Source of the DNA: a virus
Virus record (IMG/VR): IMGVR_UViG_3300017759_003727
Span: 12,074 to 76,073 of that record
Strand: one strand, 5' to 3'
DNA: 64,000 nt
Shown: piece after piece, positions 38,248-48,319 of the stretch
Numbering within the stretch: the stretch's first letter is position 1
Layout: every line of letters begins with the position of its first letter
Notes under the pieces: model-generated
What the model was told of the DNA's origin: nothing
The model's input: only the letters and a program-made list of their open reading frames with translations
Database searches by the model: none
Program-made: the position numbers and the translations under genes

Positions 38248-38897
38248 GAATTATTATATAAGAATTCAGCAAATTTAAACTCTAAAGGTGTATCTATATC
38301 TACAGACTCTTTTTCATCCAGTTTAACAAAATATGGATTCTTTCCAATGGCGTTTTTGTTTTCAATCATTAATTTTTTACTAATGATAGACACTCCATAG
38401 TGTACGCCTAGTATATCTGGTAAATCTTGGCTATTAGGAGCGTTTTGTGGATCATAATTAATTGGTTGCCCGTCTAACCACATGTGATGTTTCACATCAA
38501 ACGCTGTCATTACGCTATCTTTTTCTTCTAAATTTTGATATATTTTAATACATTTTTCAAAAGTCTCTTTACTTACGAAAGGACAAGTAACAGGTGCATA
38601 CATAATATGCTCTGACGGTGTGATTTCAGCTATATGTTTAAAGTATTCACTGTTGTTAATTATGGAGCTGGCGAAATACTCATCTCTTTTATATGTTTCT
38701 ACTCCACGCTGAGAAGCTATATAAAGCATTGTATCGCAATCGCTATTCACAATTATTTTATCAATACCTTTTGCTTGTTTTAAGGTATCTATTTTTAATT
38801 GTAATAGATTTGTATTTCCAAAAGGTTTTATGTTTTTGTTTTTAACCCTTTCCGAACCTTTTCTTACAGGAATTACTGCTGTAATTTTTTTATCCAT
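38244..38897 (-). CDS. neuA: CMP-nonulosonate (acylneuraminate) cytidylyltransferase
   Basis: VIPVRKGSERVKNKNI; VNSDCD; VDIDTPLEFKFAE. Confidence 0.88.
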   Translation of the reverse strand: MDKKITAVIPVRKGSERVKNKNIKPFGNTNLLQLKIDTLKQAKGIDKIIVNSDCDTMLYIASQRGVETYKRDEYFASSIINNSEYFKHIAEITPSEHIMYAPVTCPFVSKETFEKCIKIYQNLEEKDSVMTAFDVKHHMWLDGQPINYDPQNAPNSQDLPDILGVHYGVSIISKKLMIENKNAIGKNPYFVKLDEKESVDIDTPLEFKFAEFLYNNS

Positions 38898-39279
38898 TTA
38901 TTTTTTCTAGAGTTTTGTCCCAAGATTTAAATTCTATAGCCTTATCATCTATATAGTAACAAGCTCTAGGTTTTTCACAAGTAATTTCTGATATAAATTT
39001 TTTCAAATCATGCTTTTTTAACCAATCTTCCACTAACTCAAGACCAGTTTTGCCATTTACCAAAGGTCTATCTTTTTTAATCTTTGCAGTGAAAATAATC
39101 AAATTATAACTTTTAGACAAAGACTCTAGTGCTGAATAAACACCTTTGATTGGCTCTCCATAACAAGTGCCGTCATGAAAGCCTTTATCAAAAGTATGTA
39201 TAACGCCATCAAAATCTATAGCCAAGTTATTATCTTGGCTTTCTAGACCTGGTGGCACATGTTTTATTTCACCTTGCAT
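38890..39279 (-). CDS. Small HAD-family phosphatase
   Basis: AIDFDGVIH; IIFTAK; KPRACYYIDDKA. Confidence 0.8.
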   Translation of the reverse strand: MQGEIKHVPPGLESQDNNLAIDFDGVIHTFDKGFHDGTCYGEPIKGVYSALESLSKSYNLIIFTAKIKKDRPLVNGKTGLELVEDWLKKHDLKKFISEITCEKPRACYYIDDKAIEFKSWDKTLEKING

Positions 39280-39836
39280 TTTTTTAGGATAGATGGGCAG
39301 TCAAACCCAGCACCATGTACAAGTTGATAAGTGAGCATTAGTGACAAAATTTCAGACGTATGATAAAACTCAACATCTTGAACAACTTTAATAATATTTG
39401 GATTGCCACATGGATTGTATTGGGCTGAAATCATTGCTGTGTCAATATTATTTTCGTCAGCCCAATTTAAAGCATTTACAATACAATTTGCTGATGCATT
39501 ATTAAGAGAGCAAGAAAAGCCGACGGCTAAACATTTTGACGGATCTAAGCCAATGCTTCTTGTTTCCATCCAATTTGTCATCCAGCTATCGAAATCCGTA
39601 TCTGCTATGAGAGAAGTAGCTGTAATGGCACTACCTGGAGCTATAATATTTTTATTTGTTAATCTTGAAGAATCTATAGCCCCGTGATCTGCGACAGCCA
39701 TATTTCCTCCGTGACCAAAAAAGAAAATGTTTGTTGCATTATTGTATGCAGTTTGTAGTTTGTCCCACTCTTTGCTTTTAATAATTTTATTAAACTTTTC
39801 TTCGATATTTTCTAATTGTATTTTATTTTCCTTCAT
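39264..39836 (-). CDS. SIS-domain sugar-phosphate isomerase (GmhA-like)
   Basis: IFFFGHGGNMAVADH parallels GmhA GNGGSAADAQH; TSLIADTDFDSW; AVGFSCS; EILSLMLTYQL. Confidence 0.65.
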   Translation of the reverse strand: MKENKIQLENIEEKFNKIIKSKEWDKLQTAYNNATNIFFFGHGGNMAVADHGAIDSSRLTNKNIIAPGSAITATSLIADTDFDSWMTNWMETRSIGLDPSKCLAVGFSCSLNNASANCIVNALNWADENNIDTAMISAQYNPCGNPNIIKVVQDVEFYHTSEILSLMLTYQLVHGAGFDCPSILKKCKVK

Positions 39837-40620
39837 GAATTGTAATTTTAAATAGTAAAAAGATTCCACATTGATTATCAAATATTTCAACTGGATTCCA
39901 CGCTGAATCAGTTTTCTGAGTTACTGCGGTTTGTTGTGTTATTGGGAATTGAATTGGTTTATGATCTTCGTCTTCGTCGTATTTTTTTTGATAGTTAAAA
40001 CTTTCATCCCACAAAATTGGAACATAATCTATTTTAGAATCAGTGTCATCTGCAAATATTTTTAAATTATTTAAAAAATGAGATAGCTTATCTGCTTGCT
40101 GAGGAACTCCTAAATATATATTAGTTTCCTTATTGATGTTTTCATACAAATGTTTAAGTATAAAAATATCTTCGTCGTAAAAAGTCCAAGAATGAATTAA
40201 ATCTATATTTGAAAAATCTGTTATCTCCTTAACATCGCCATAAACAGAATTTCTTTTGCATTTAAAGTCTCTTTTTAATTCAGATGTATATGTTGGTTCA
40301 TGGCGCTCTACAGATGTTAATTCTTTAGCGTAGTAAGAAATACCTTGGCAAATTTCTCCAAATCTTGAACCTACATGCATTACATGTTTATCCTTTAAGT
40401 CTTCTTTTATATAGTATGGAGTCATGATAGGATAACGAAAATTAACATGCTCTTCTGAATCTATTTCTTTCTGGAGAATAAATTTATCGCTTTCGTCATA
40501 AATCTCTTTTAACTTAGAATGAGTTTGTTTTCTAAATTCATCAAAAGAAATATCTTGACTTTCCAAAAGAGGAAAAAATTGAAATAACAAATGTGAGTTT
40601 GGTAATTTTATTTTTTTCAT
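39823..40620 (-). CDS. Hypothetical protein, degenerate SAM-methyltransferase-like
   Basis: VMHVGSRFGEI...LTSVE...GDV...DLIHSW. Confidence 0.5.
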   Translation of the reverse strand: MKKIKLPNSHLLFQFFPLLESQDISFDEFRKQTHSKLKEIYDESDKFILQKEIDSEEHVNFRYPIMTPYYIKEDLKDKHVMHVGSRFGEICQGISYYAKELTSVERHEPTYTSELKRDFKCKRNSVYGDVKEITDFSNIDLIHSWTFYDEDIFILKHLYENINKETNIYLGVPQQADKLSHFLNNLKIFADDTDSKIDYVPILWDESFNYQKKYDEDEDHKPIQFPITQQTAVTQKTDSAWNPVEIFDNQCGIFLLFKITIHEGK

Positions 40621-40622
40621 AA

Positions 40623-41267
40623 TTAAATTTCTTCGAACATTCCCTTTAAACCTATCGGATTCACTGAAATTATCTTAGTGTTTAAGTTGTTTTTTTCTAT
40701 AAAATTTTTGGCACTTATCCATCCAGCTTTATATGCATCATAAGTACCATTACCGCTATTAATAATTTCTCTACCGTCAAAACACTGTCTTTGACTACAG
40801 TCACAACCTACGATATATATTTTACAAACACCAACCCAAAACAAAAAGTTTAAAGCATGAAAGATGACTGATTGCCCATGCGTGGGGTTTTCGGAAATAT
40901 CTAAACTAAATGCAGGGTTGTCATTATTAACGGACATTGGTGAGGCTCCCAAGGAAATAACTTCTTCGTCCGAATAGTGTAATGGATGAGGTTGGCCATT
41001 AACTTCTGAAGCTCCGAATTTTTCCTCTTTAACTTTAAAGAATTTATTCATTGACCTGCCTCTATCTCCAAAAAAATAATAATCTAACATTTCATAAGAA
41101 GGCTGTCTTTGGTTAAAGAGAGGTAAATCGCCAATAAAATTGCATCCTACGTTTATGTCAACACCTTCTATTGGCTTATATTCGTTTGCTGTTGGGCCAG
41201 ACCCAAACAACACTGCGGTTTCTCCCTTATGTTTATTTTTGAACCTTTTGAATATAAAATTTTTCAT
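40623..41267 (-). CDS. DUF115/Maf (MptE-like) family putative glycosyltransferase
   Basis: FKNKHKGETAVLFGSGPT; DYYFFGD; ALNFLFWVGVCKIYIVGCD. Confidence 0.75.
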   Translation of the reverse strand: MKNFIFKRFKNKHKGETAVLFGSGPTANEYKPIEGVDINVGCNFIGDLPLFNQRQPSYEMLDYYFFGDRGRSMNKFFKVKEEKFGASEVNGQPHPLHYSDEEVISLGASPMSVNNDNPAFSLDISENPTHGQSVIFHALNFLFWVGVCKIYIVGCDCSQRQCFDGREIINSGNGTYDAYKAGWISAKNFIEKNNLNTKIISVNPIGLKGMFEEI

Positions 41268-41986
41268 TGTAAATCTCTAAAGTTTATTGTTTCTATACTA
41301 CTGTTTTTAGATAAGAAGTCAACTATTTTTTTAAAATCTTCTTTAAGTCTTGTTTCTTTTAATCCATGAAAAACAAAAACTGCAGATTCATCGTCTTCCA
41401 TATTTTCTACATCTTGTTTAAATTCTTCAAATCGATAAACATGGTTTAGTATTCCTTTAGGTTTGATTAAAAATTTTGACTCAGAATCTTGCGGGTATTT
41501 TATTTTAGGTCTAGGTTGATCTGGTTTTTTATCTATCTCCCATTGAGTCCAACCCACATCTTGATAAGTATAGCCTGTTCTTGCATGAGTAAAGCCTAAG
41601 TTTTCAATAACTTTAGCTACTCTTGAATCAGTCCAGTAACCTGGGTAGCAAAAAGTATTAATATTCTTAACTCCCATAGCTAAAAGCATTTTGGAGGCAG
41701 CGCTTATTTCTTGTACGATTTGTTCATCGCTTAAAGTAGTTAAATTAATGTGGCTAAAAGTATGATTACCTATTTCAAAACCATCTTCTTCGAACTCTTT
41801 AAGGTGTTTAAAATCAAAAGCTCGCTCTGCCATATTTTTAGAAAACATTAACATGTTAGATGTCCAAAGACTTTTTTCACAAGTTATAAAAAATGTGCCT
41901 TTAAGGTTGTGTTTTTTTAATAAAGGTTTTGCTACTGTGTAGTGACTTTCTAAGCCATCGTCAAATGTTAGGCATATTTTTTTCAT
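41264..41986 (-). CDS. Polysaccharide deacetylase (NodB-like)
   Basis: CLTFDDG; GTFFI; EIGNHTFSH; FCYPG. Confidence 0.92.
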   Translation of the reverse strand: MKKICLTFDDGLESHYTVAKPLLKKHNLKGTFFITCEKSLWTSNMLMFSKNMAERAFDFKHLKEFEEDGFEIGNHTFSHINLTTLSDEQIVQEISAASKMLLAMGVKNINTFCYPGYWTDSRVAKVIENLGFTHARTGYTYQDVGWTQWEIDKKPDQPRPKIKYPQDSESKFLIKPKGILNHVYRFEEFKQDVENMEDDESAVFVFHGLKETRLKEDFKKIVDFLSKNSSIETINFRDLQ

Positions 41987-42939
41987 TTACTATTAAAAGC
42001 TGTGTTGTATGCATTCAAAATGTGCACCAAGTAAACTAAATGGCAATTTTCTGTGCACAATTCTCTGCCTATGATTTTTTGTTTCTCATTTAATTCGTTG
42101 GCATAACCAGGATTCATGTTTAAATAATTAATGAATGGCTCCCAGTTATTTTCATCTACAGTAACAAGTGGATTGGAAGTATCAAAAAACTGATAATACC
42201 AAGACATTTGTTCTGTTTGATTTGGTTTTGGTCTTACGCTAATAGCTAAAGAGTTTGAAGCTAAAATCCACAACAACCTATCCCAGCAAGTCGTGTTACC
42301 GCTAATGTTAAAAATGTATTTATATTTTAGTTGTTCTTCTGGTGTGATAAAACCTTTTTCTACGGATTTGTAATCATACCCTTCTAATGTCTCTTTCTTG
42401 ATTTGAAGGAAGTTTGTTATTGAAAAATTACCTAGACTGGAATTTCTATTATTGTAGCAGAATTGGAATCTTTGATTTTTGTCCGCGACATTGTATAAGC
42501 CCGTATCTGTTCCCGCAAAAACTCCTTTGTTTTTCTTTGAAAGAAATATAGTATCAATTGAAGAGTTATTTTGGGCTATAGAGGAAGCATTTGGAAAATG
42601 AGCATCGGGTATTAGAATATTGTTATGAGACAACCTTCTAGACATAGCTAACCTAGGAGCATTTTCATTAAAATCCTCTACTTCGTCACAAAGATTAACT
42701 ATACATTCAAAGTTCCAATTAAATTGACCAATAGCTTTTAAGCAATTTACAAAAAAACCAAACCTAGATTTAGCGCCATTATCTAGTTTTTCTGACTCTC
42801 TTACCACTTCTACTTTGCCAGGAGTAAATTTTAGGTGATACTCTGACTGTTTTAATTCGCAAGTTTGTATTTCTGAGAAATTTACATATTTAAAATTTTC
42901 AGATTCTTTAAGAGCTGATATTTCTATTAATTTACTCAT
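41983..42939 (-). CDS. GT90 (CAP10/POGLUT-like) glycosyltransferase
   Basis: KKNKGVFAGTDTG; EEQLKYKYIFNISGNTTCWDRLLWILASNS; SWYY. Confidence 0.8.
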   Translation of the reverse strand: MSKLIEISALKESENFKYVNFSEIQTCELKQSEYHLKFTPGKVEVVRESEKLDNGAKSRFGFFVNCLKAIGQFNWNFECIVNLCDEVEDFNENAPRLAMSRRLSHNNILIPDAHFPNASSIAQNNSSIDTIFLSKKNKGVFAGTDTGLYNVADKNQRFQFCYNNRNSSLGNFSITNFLQIKKETLEGYDYKSVEKGFITPEEQLKYKYIFNISGNTTCWDRLLWILASNSLAISVRPKPNQTEQMSWYYQFFDTSNPLVTVDENNWEPFINYLNMNPGYANELNEKQKIIGRELCTENCHLVYLVHILNAYNTAFNSK

Positions 42940-44020
42940 AATTGTTTACTACTTTTACTATGTGATTTACTTCTTCTTTTGTAAGCCACCATCCTACTGG
43001 TATGTTGACCAATTGATTGTCAAAAATTGTTAAGTTGGTGTCTTGTTTTTTAAAATTTTTAAAAACAGAGTAGGTGTCATTTCTGACATGAACTCTGTCT
43101 GCGCTTATTCCGTTTTTGTTCATATACTTTATGAATTTTTTTCTATCCTTAACTAACATAGAGTAAATCCAACTAGCAGAAAAGGTTTCAAAGGGTTTGT
43201 CCATTTTTTTAACATATTGATTATTAATGTTACTATCGTAGTAATCTGAGTTGACTACATGTTGATGGATTATATGATTTATTACTTCTAGATTTTTTAG
43301 GCCTATAGAAGCGTTTATATTATTCATGTGGTATTTATATCCAGACTCTTTAATATCTTGATCCCATCTGCTCTTTCCTTTAAATTTTCTATCTAAGCCA
43401 AACCATCTAATCTTTTTAATTCTATCTACGTCTTTTTTTCTTTTGCAGGCTATAGCGCCTCCGTCTCCACATGTTAGATGTTTAATAGCTTGAAAAGAAA
43501 AGCATACAAAATCAGAATGGTTTCCTATTTTTTTACCTTTATACACAGAGCCTAAGGCATGTGCGGCATCTTCAATTACTTTTAATTTATGTTTTTTTGC
43601 AATTTTATTAATAGTTTTAATATCACAAGGTTGTCCAGCCCAATGAACGATTACTATGGCTTTTGTTTTAGGTGTAATTAAATTTTCTATTGATTTTGGA
43701 CATATGTTACCCGTTTCTAATTCAACGTCCGCAAAAACTAAATTAAGACCCATATTATAGAAAGGCTCGTTTGTGGCCATACAGGTCATTGCAGTAGTGA
43801 TTACTTCGTCACCTGGTTTTAGGTCGCAAGCAATTGCTGCTAAATGTAAAGCTGAAGTGCAACTATTTGTAAGAGATATATTTTTATTACCAATAAATTT
43901 TGAAAACTTTTTTTCAAATAAATCTGAATAATATCCTTCTGTAAGTTGCCCACTTTCTAATACTTCTTGCACTAATTGACCACAACTTTTATGTATGTAG
44001 GGTTTAAATAATGGTATCAT
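42932..44020 (-). CDS. DegT/DnrJ/EryC1/StrS sugar aminotransferase
   Basis: NSCTSALH; VIEDAAHA; FSFQAIKHLTCGDGG (PLP lysine); YHMNNINA. Confidence 0.93.
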   Translation of the reverse strand: MIPLFKPYIHKSCGQLVQEVLESGQLTEGYYSDLFEKKFSKFIGNKNISLTNSCTSALHLAAIACDLKPGDEVITTAMTCMATNEPFYNMGLNLVFADVELETGNICPKSIENLITPKTKAIVIVHWAGQPCDIKTINKIAKKHKLKVIEDAAHALGSVYKGKKIGNHSDFVCFSFQAIKHLTCGDGGAIACKRKKDVDRIKKIRWFGLDRKFKGKSRWDQDIKESGYKYHMNNINASIGLKNLEVINHIIHQHVVNSDYYDSNINNQYVKKMDKPFETFSASWIYSMLVKDRKKFIKYMNKNGISADRVHVRNDTYSVFKNFKKQDTNLTIFDNQLVNIPVGWWLTKEEVNHIVKVVNNYE

Positions 44021-45033
44021 AATTCTTCTAACCAATGTTTGTTTTTTAGGTTCCATAAAACAGTCTTTTTTAAACTGTTTGCAAAATCAATTGGGGGTTT
44101 CCAACCTAATTTTTCTAATTTACTTCCATCTAAGGAATATCTTAAATCATGGCCAGGCCTATCTGAATGAAAATCTACCATTTCATATTTTGGTTTAATA
44201 TTCATAGAGTCTCCGATCATTTTTACTATATCTAAATTTGAAACTTCTTTTGTCCCTACAATGTTGTATTTACCTAAAGAAGCGTCCTTCCCGTCTAAAA
44301 ACTCAGTTGCGTTTTCTAGTATAAATATAAAAGCATCTGAAACATTTCTTGCGTGAATATAATAACGACTGCCAGATTTTTTCTTATCTGGATAACTGTG
44401 AACCATAATTGTTTCTTCTTTTAAAATAGAACCTATAACTTTAGGTACAAATTTTTCAGAGTGTTGCCTTTCTCCAATAATATTCATTGTATTCGTGATT
44501 ATAATCGGAAGCCTATATGTATTTGCGTAAGATTGACATATGCACTCTGCTGCAGCTTTACTCGCAGAGTATGGATTGCCACAATTGTACCTATCTCCTT
44601 CTTTGTAAGCTACCCCTTCTGGCGCATAACCGAAAACCTCATCAGTTGAAAAATAAATAAACTTTTTTAAATTTTTAGCATGAGTTCTGCAAAATTCTAA
44701 AAGATTTACTGTAGATGAGACATTGTTTTGAATAAAAGTTGATGGGTCGGAAATAGAATTATCAACATGTGACTCTGCCGCTATGTGAAGTATGTAGTCA
44801 ACATCTTTAATTTCTTCTGCTAAACCTAATGGAATTTTTGAACATAAATCGAAAGAAAAGAAATTTACTCTTGGATTTGTTATAGCCGCGGTTTCCCTCA
44901 ATCTTTTTAAACCAAAACTAGAATAACTTAATTGATCTATACAGTATATTTCCCAATCTGTATTTCTTAATATATGGTCTAAGACGTGATGCCCCACGAA
45001 ACCGTTTGAACCTGTTAAAATAACTTTTTTCAT
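44017..45033 (-). CDS. rmlB: dTDP-glucose 4,6-dehydratase-like SDR
   Basis: TGSNGFVG; HIAAESHVDNSI; FSTDEVFG; NPYSASK; DRPGHDLRY. Confidence 0.85.
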   Translation of the reverse strand: MKKVILTGSNGFVGHHVLDHILRNTDWEIYCIDQLSYSSFGLKRLRETAAITNPRVNFFSFDLCSKIPLGLAEEIKDVDYILHIAAESHVDNSISDPSTFIQNNVSSTVNLLEFCRTHAKNLKKFIYFSTDEVFGYAPEGVAYKEGDRYNCGNPYSASKAAAECICQSYANTYRLPIIITNTMNIIGERQHSEKFVPKVIGSILKEETIMVHSYPDKKKSGSRYYIHARNVSDAFIFILENATEFLDGKDASLGKYNIVGTKEVSNLDIVKMIGDSMNIKPKYEMVDFHSDRPGHDLRYSLDGSKLEKLGWKPPIDFANSLKKTVLWNLKNKHWLEEL

Positions 45034-46145
45034 TTTAATTTTTTATGCATTAGAAAGCTTTCTGTATCTATAGTAAAACCTTCTATCTCCTTTTCAATAA
45101 AGCCTATATCTTTATATAGATTGATTGCTGTTTTGTTTTGTTTTTTTACTAGAAGGTATATATCATCTTCCTCAATCATTTCAAAAAAATCATAGTATAG
45201 TTGTTTTGCTAGTCCTAAACCTCTTTTGCTTTTATGTAAATCCATACCAACGAAGAATAAATTATTTTCATTTGAAGTTCTAAAATAACCTATTTTTTCA
45301 TCATTCATCTTTATAGTATAAAAATTTGGATTTGTTTCTTTAAACCATTTTATTGATTCTTCTTTTGTATACTTAGATGTATTGTGTAGCATTTGCCTGC
45401 AATCATTTCTTACCTCATTATAGAAAGGGACATCTTCTAGAATCATTTTTTTTATAGAGAAATCATTAAATATATAATTGTAATACTTTCTCCTGTGGTT
45501 TTTTTGTTTTTCATTAAACAACTTTTCGATTTCATGCATGCCGAAACTTGTGTATAATTTAGATTGATCTGGAGAATGATGCTCTGTTGAAAAATTTGAA
45601 CAAGTATTTATATCTGCGTATTTAAAGCCTTCAAATACTAAAGCTTGATTAAAGGAAAAAGATGTTATTAAGTCTTCAGCCTCTTCAGAAAAAAGAGATT
45701 CGTGTTTTTCGTATAATTGAGAAACTCTTTTGCAAAAATTATAAGACCTAAGGGAAAATCCCCCATTCCCGCAGTATAAAAAACCTTGATGATGCATTGG
45801 TGCTCCGATATAATCAAAATTTAAAAAACTGTCATCCCAAGCAGAGGGGTTTCTTATAAAGCCATCGGTATGAAAATTTATCATATACTTTGTGGCAAAT
45901 AATTTAAAATAATTTTTTAATACATACTTGGTGAAGTTTTCGTATGGTATTTCTTTGATTATTTCTATTTCAAAATCACCGACATCTATAGTTGGTTCTT
46001 CTATTGTGTATATAATTTTCTTACCGAAGTTTATATGTCTAGAAGTCTTTTGACCTATTTTTAGAATAGAATCTATGTCAGAATACGGTTTATCTGTCTT
46101 ATTGCCTACTATTGATAGATAAGTAATTTCTGGAAGATTTAACAT
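45030..46145 (-). CDS. DUF5672-like domain fused to a C-terminal GNAT acetyltransferase
   Basis: DGFIRNPSAWDDSFLNFDYIGAP...GNGGFSLRS; C-terminal KIGYFR...SKRGLGLAK...AINLYKDIGF. Confidence 0.75.
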   Translation of the reverse strand: MLNLPEITYLSIVGNKTDKPYSDIDSILKIGQKTSRHINFGKKIIYTIEEPTIDVGDFEIEIIKEIPYENFTKYVLKNYFKLFATKYMINFHTDGFIRNPSAWDDSFLNFDYIGAPMHHQGFLYCGNGGFSLRSYNFCKRVSQLYEKHESLFSEEAEDLITSFSFNQALVFEGFKYADINTCSNFSTEHHSPDQSKLYTSFGMHEIEKLFNEKQKNHRRKYYNYIFNDFSIKKMILEDVPFYNEVRNDCRQMLHNTSKYTKEESIKWFKETNPNFYTIKMNDEKIGYFRTSNENNLFFVGMDLHKSKRGLGLAKQLYYDFFEMIEEDDIYLLVKKQNKTAINLYKDIGFIEKEIEGFTIDTESFLMHKKLK

Positions 46146-46504
46146 TAATCTCCTTTCGTTACTCTATAACTATCTTCATCAAAATGTTGCGTAGAAAACT
46201 CGAACATTTCTGTGTCCTCTAAGGCTTGCATTTGATGTACTAAGCCAGTGTGTACCCAAAAATTATCTCCAGGTTCTAGTATAACTTCTTTTGCTTTTTC
46301 GATTTCGTGATGGTATCCATATCTAACTAAAAGTTTACCTGTTCTAATATAGAACACTTCATCTTTTAATTCGTGATAATGCCAAGAGCATTTTTTGCCT
46401 TTAGCAAACCATAAAATTTTTCCACAGTATTCGTGTTTGTTTACGATCCATTTTTCGTAACCCCAACCTTTGGGAACAAACTTAATCTCTGAAAAATTCT
46501 TCAT
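46145..46504 (-). CDS. Cupin (sugar isomerase/epimerase-like)
   Basis: VPKGWGYEKWI; CSWHYHELKDEVFY; VHQM; EFSTQHFDEDSYR. Confidence 0.85.
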   Translation of the reverse strand: MKNFSEIKFVPKGWGYEKWIVNKHEYCGKILWFAKGKKCSWHYHELKDEVFYIRTGKLLVRYGYHHEIEKAKEVILEPGDNFWVHTGLVHQMQALEDTEMFEFSTQHFDEDSYRVTKGD

Positions 46505-46796
46505 CTTTTATTGCTTTATCGTCTATATAAAAATCACCAGCTGGCTTACCCATGAATAACTTATGATACTTTGCTCCCCAATTTTTCAACTGTTTTTCTG
46601 TTAATTTTTTGAAAAGGTTTGGATTGTTATTATTTGAACGACCCATACCTCTGGCTGTTAGAAAATGGATTGTATGTCCTTCGTCGTATAGTTTGTTTAT
46701 TTTTTTTATTCTATCTTTTTTGGGTATTGAGTTTTTGTAATCACCACCCTGTATTTGATAACAAATAGTTCCGTCTATATCAATTACGTACGTCAT
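46482..46796 (-). CDS. Small HAD-like phosphatase (capsule-biosynthesis type)
   Basis: VIDIDGTIC; FLTARGM; LFMGKPAGDFYIDDKA. Confidence 0.82.
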   Translation of the reverse strand: MTYVIDIDGTICYQIQGGDYKNSIPKKDRIKKINKLYDEGHTIHFLTARGMGRSNNNNPNLFKKLTEKQLKNWGAKYHKLFMGKPAGDFYIDDKAIKDEEFFRD

Positions 46797-47571
46797 CTAA
46801 ATATTTTTTATATTCTACTAACCCTTTATCTATGGTATACTTAGGTTTCCAATTTGGCATCCATTTTTCAGAATTAGACCTTGTATAAAATTGATACCAT
46901 TTTGGTATCTCCCTAAGGTGATGATATTTACGGCGAACACCCATTATGCTTAAAACATCTTCAAATGTTCTGGCTTCTCCGCTTCCAACTTCATAAACTC
47001 CTTTTGGGGCTTCTATAGCATGGATATTTGCGTCAACAACATCTTGTATATAAACAAAATCTCTTTTGGGTTCTTTTTGAAAAATTCTAAATTGACCTTT
47101 TTTATGAGCTTGGTTAGCAACTGATGCCATTTTACCTTTGTGGCATTCCCCAGGACCGTAAACATTAAAATATCTTAAAGCTACAAAATTATCGCATTTT
47201 GCCATACCGTAATCTTCTGCAACAAGTTTAGACCAGCCATAAATATTTAAAGGAGTTTGATCATCGACTCCATCTCCATAGCAAGCAGCAGAAGACGAGT
47301 ATACGACTTTCTTATTCATGGATTGACATAGATTAAATAAAGTTTTACTAAATGTATAATTAAAAGTCATCATCTCCGCTTCGTCTTGAAGGGATGTATC
47401 TGATATAGCTCCAACATGAAACACTATGTCTGACTCTGTCAAAGCAGCTACAAGTTCTGGAGACCAACAGTCTTCGATATCAAAACAATATACCACATCG
47501 TATATTTCTTGAAGTTTTTTTTCTAAGGCTTTTCCTATAAATCCTTTATATCCTGTCAATAATGCTTTCAT
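46780..47571 (-). CDS. hldD: ADP-L-glycero-D-manno-heptose 6-epimerase-like
   Basis: FHVGAISDT; YSSSAACYG; PLNIYGWSK; LRYFNVYGPGECHKGKMASV; RDFVYIQDV. Confidence 0.8.
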   Translation of the reverse strand: MKALLTGYKGFIGKALEKKLQEIYDVVYCFDIEDCWSPELVAALTESDIVFHVGAISDTSLQDEAEMMTFNYTFSKTLFNLCQSMNKKVVYSSSAACYGDGVDDQTPLNIYGWSKLVAEDYGMAKCDNFVALRYFNVYGPGECHKGKMASVANQAHKKGQFRIFQKEPKRDFVYIQDVVDANIHAIEAPKGVYEVGSGEARTFEDVLSIMGVRRKYHHLREIPKWYQFYTRSNSEKWMPNWKPKYTIDKGLVEYKKYLDDVRN

Positions 47572-48319
47572 AATCTTCTTTTTCTAAAACGTATGTTCCT
47601 GTTTTTGAGACCGACAGACTTGCTAATTTATTACCTAGCTTAATTGCCTTCTCAATATTATTGTAATACAAGTAACCGAAAATTAAAGAGGAAAGAAAAA
47701 CATCTCCTGCCCCACATACATCAAATACTTCAGTTTTGTCCGTTGGATATATTTTGTTTTTATATAAAGCCCCCTTTGAGCCTAACGTAACAATTGTTTC
47801 TGCGCTAGGGTCTATTGATTTTGATTCATTAAATTCTTTTTCATTTATTTTTAAATAACAATTAGTAAAGCACGATAAATCTTTCTTTTTGGAATCTACA
47901 AAAATTGTTTTATTTTTAAATGTTTTGCAAAGTCTTCTAGCGAATTCGGGATCTATCAACCCTTTATTATAATCACTTATAACAAGTATATCAAAATCAT
48001 GAAAATGATCAGCTAATTGTTTAACTTTATCAGATTCACCCACATCGTATCTAGCAACGTGGCAATTAAACCTTGTGTCTATTAACCTATGTTTTTCAAG
48101 TTTTTCTTCATTTGTTAAATGTCGAACATCTAAACAAAATGAATCTAAGTTTAGTTTTACATTTGCAGCCATACCTTTTTTTATTTCGGTATGGGTTTCT
48201 TTTAGTACTGGTACTGGTGCCTCTGGATTTAATCTGTCACAAGTTCCATAGTGATAGATATCATCGCAAGATTCACCTATCAGTAAGATTCTGTAAGGTT
48301 GAGGTTGTGGAGTATCCAT
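47546..48319 (-). CDS. PfkB-family heptose-7-phosphate kinase (RfaE1/HldA-like)
   Basis: IGESCDD...RLNPEAPVPV...GMAANV; ISDYNKG; VDSK; VFDVCGAGDVF. Confidence 0.85.
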   Translation of the reverse strand: MDTPQPQPYRILLIGESCDDIYHYGTCDRLNPEAPVPVLKETHTEIKKGMAANVKLNLDSFCLDVRHLTNEEKLEKHRLIDTRFNCHVARYDVGESDKVKQLADHFHDFDILVISDYNKGLIDPEFARRLCKTFKNKTIFVDSKKKDLSCFTNCYLKINEKEFNESKSIDPSAETIVTLGSKGALYKNKIYPTDKTEVFDVCGAGDVFLSSLIFGYLYYNNIEKAIKLGNKLASLSVSKTGTYVLEKEDYESIIDRI

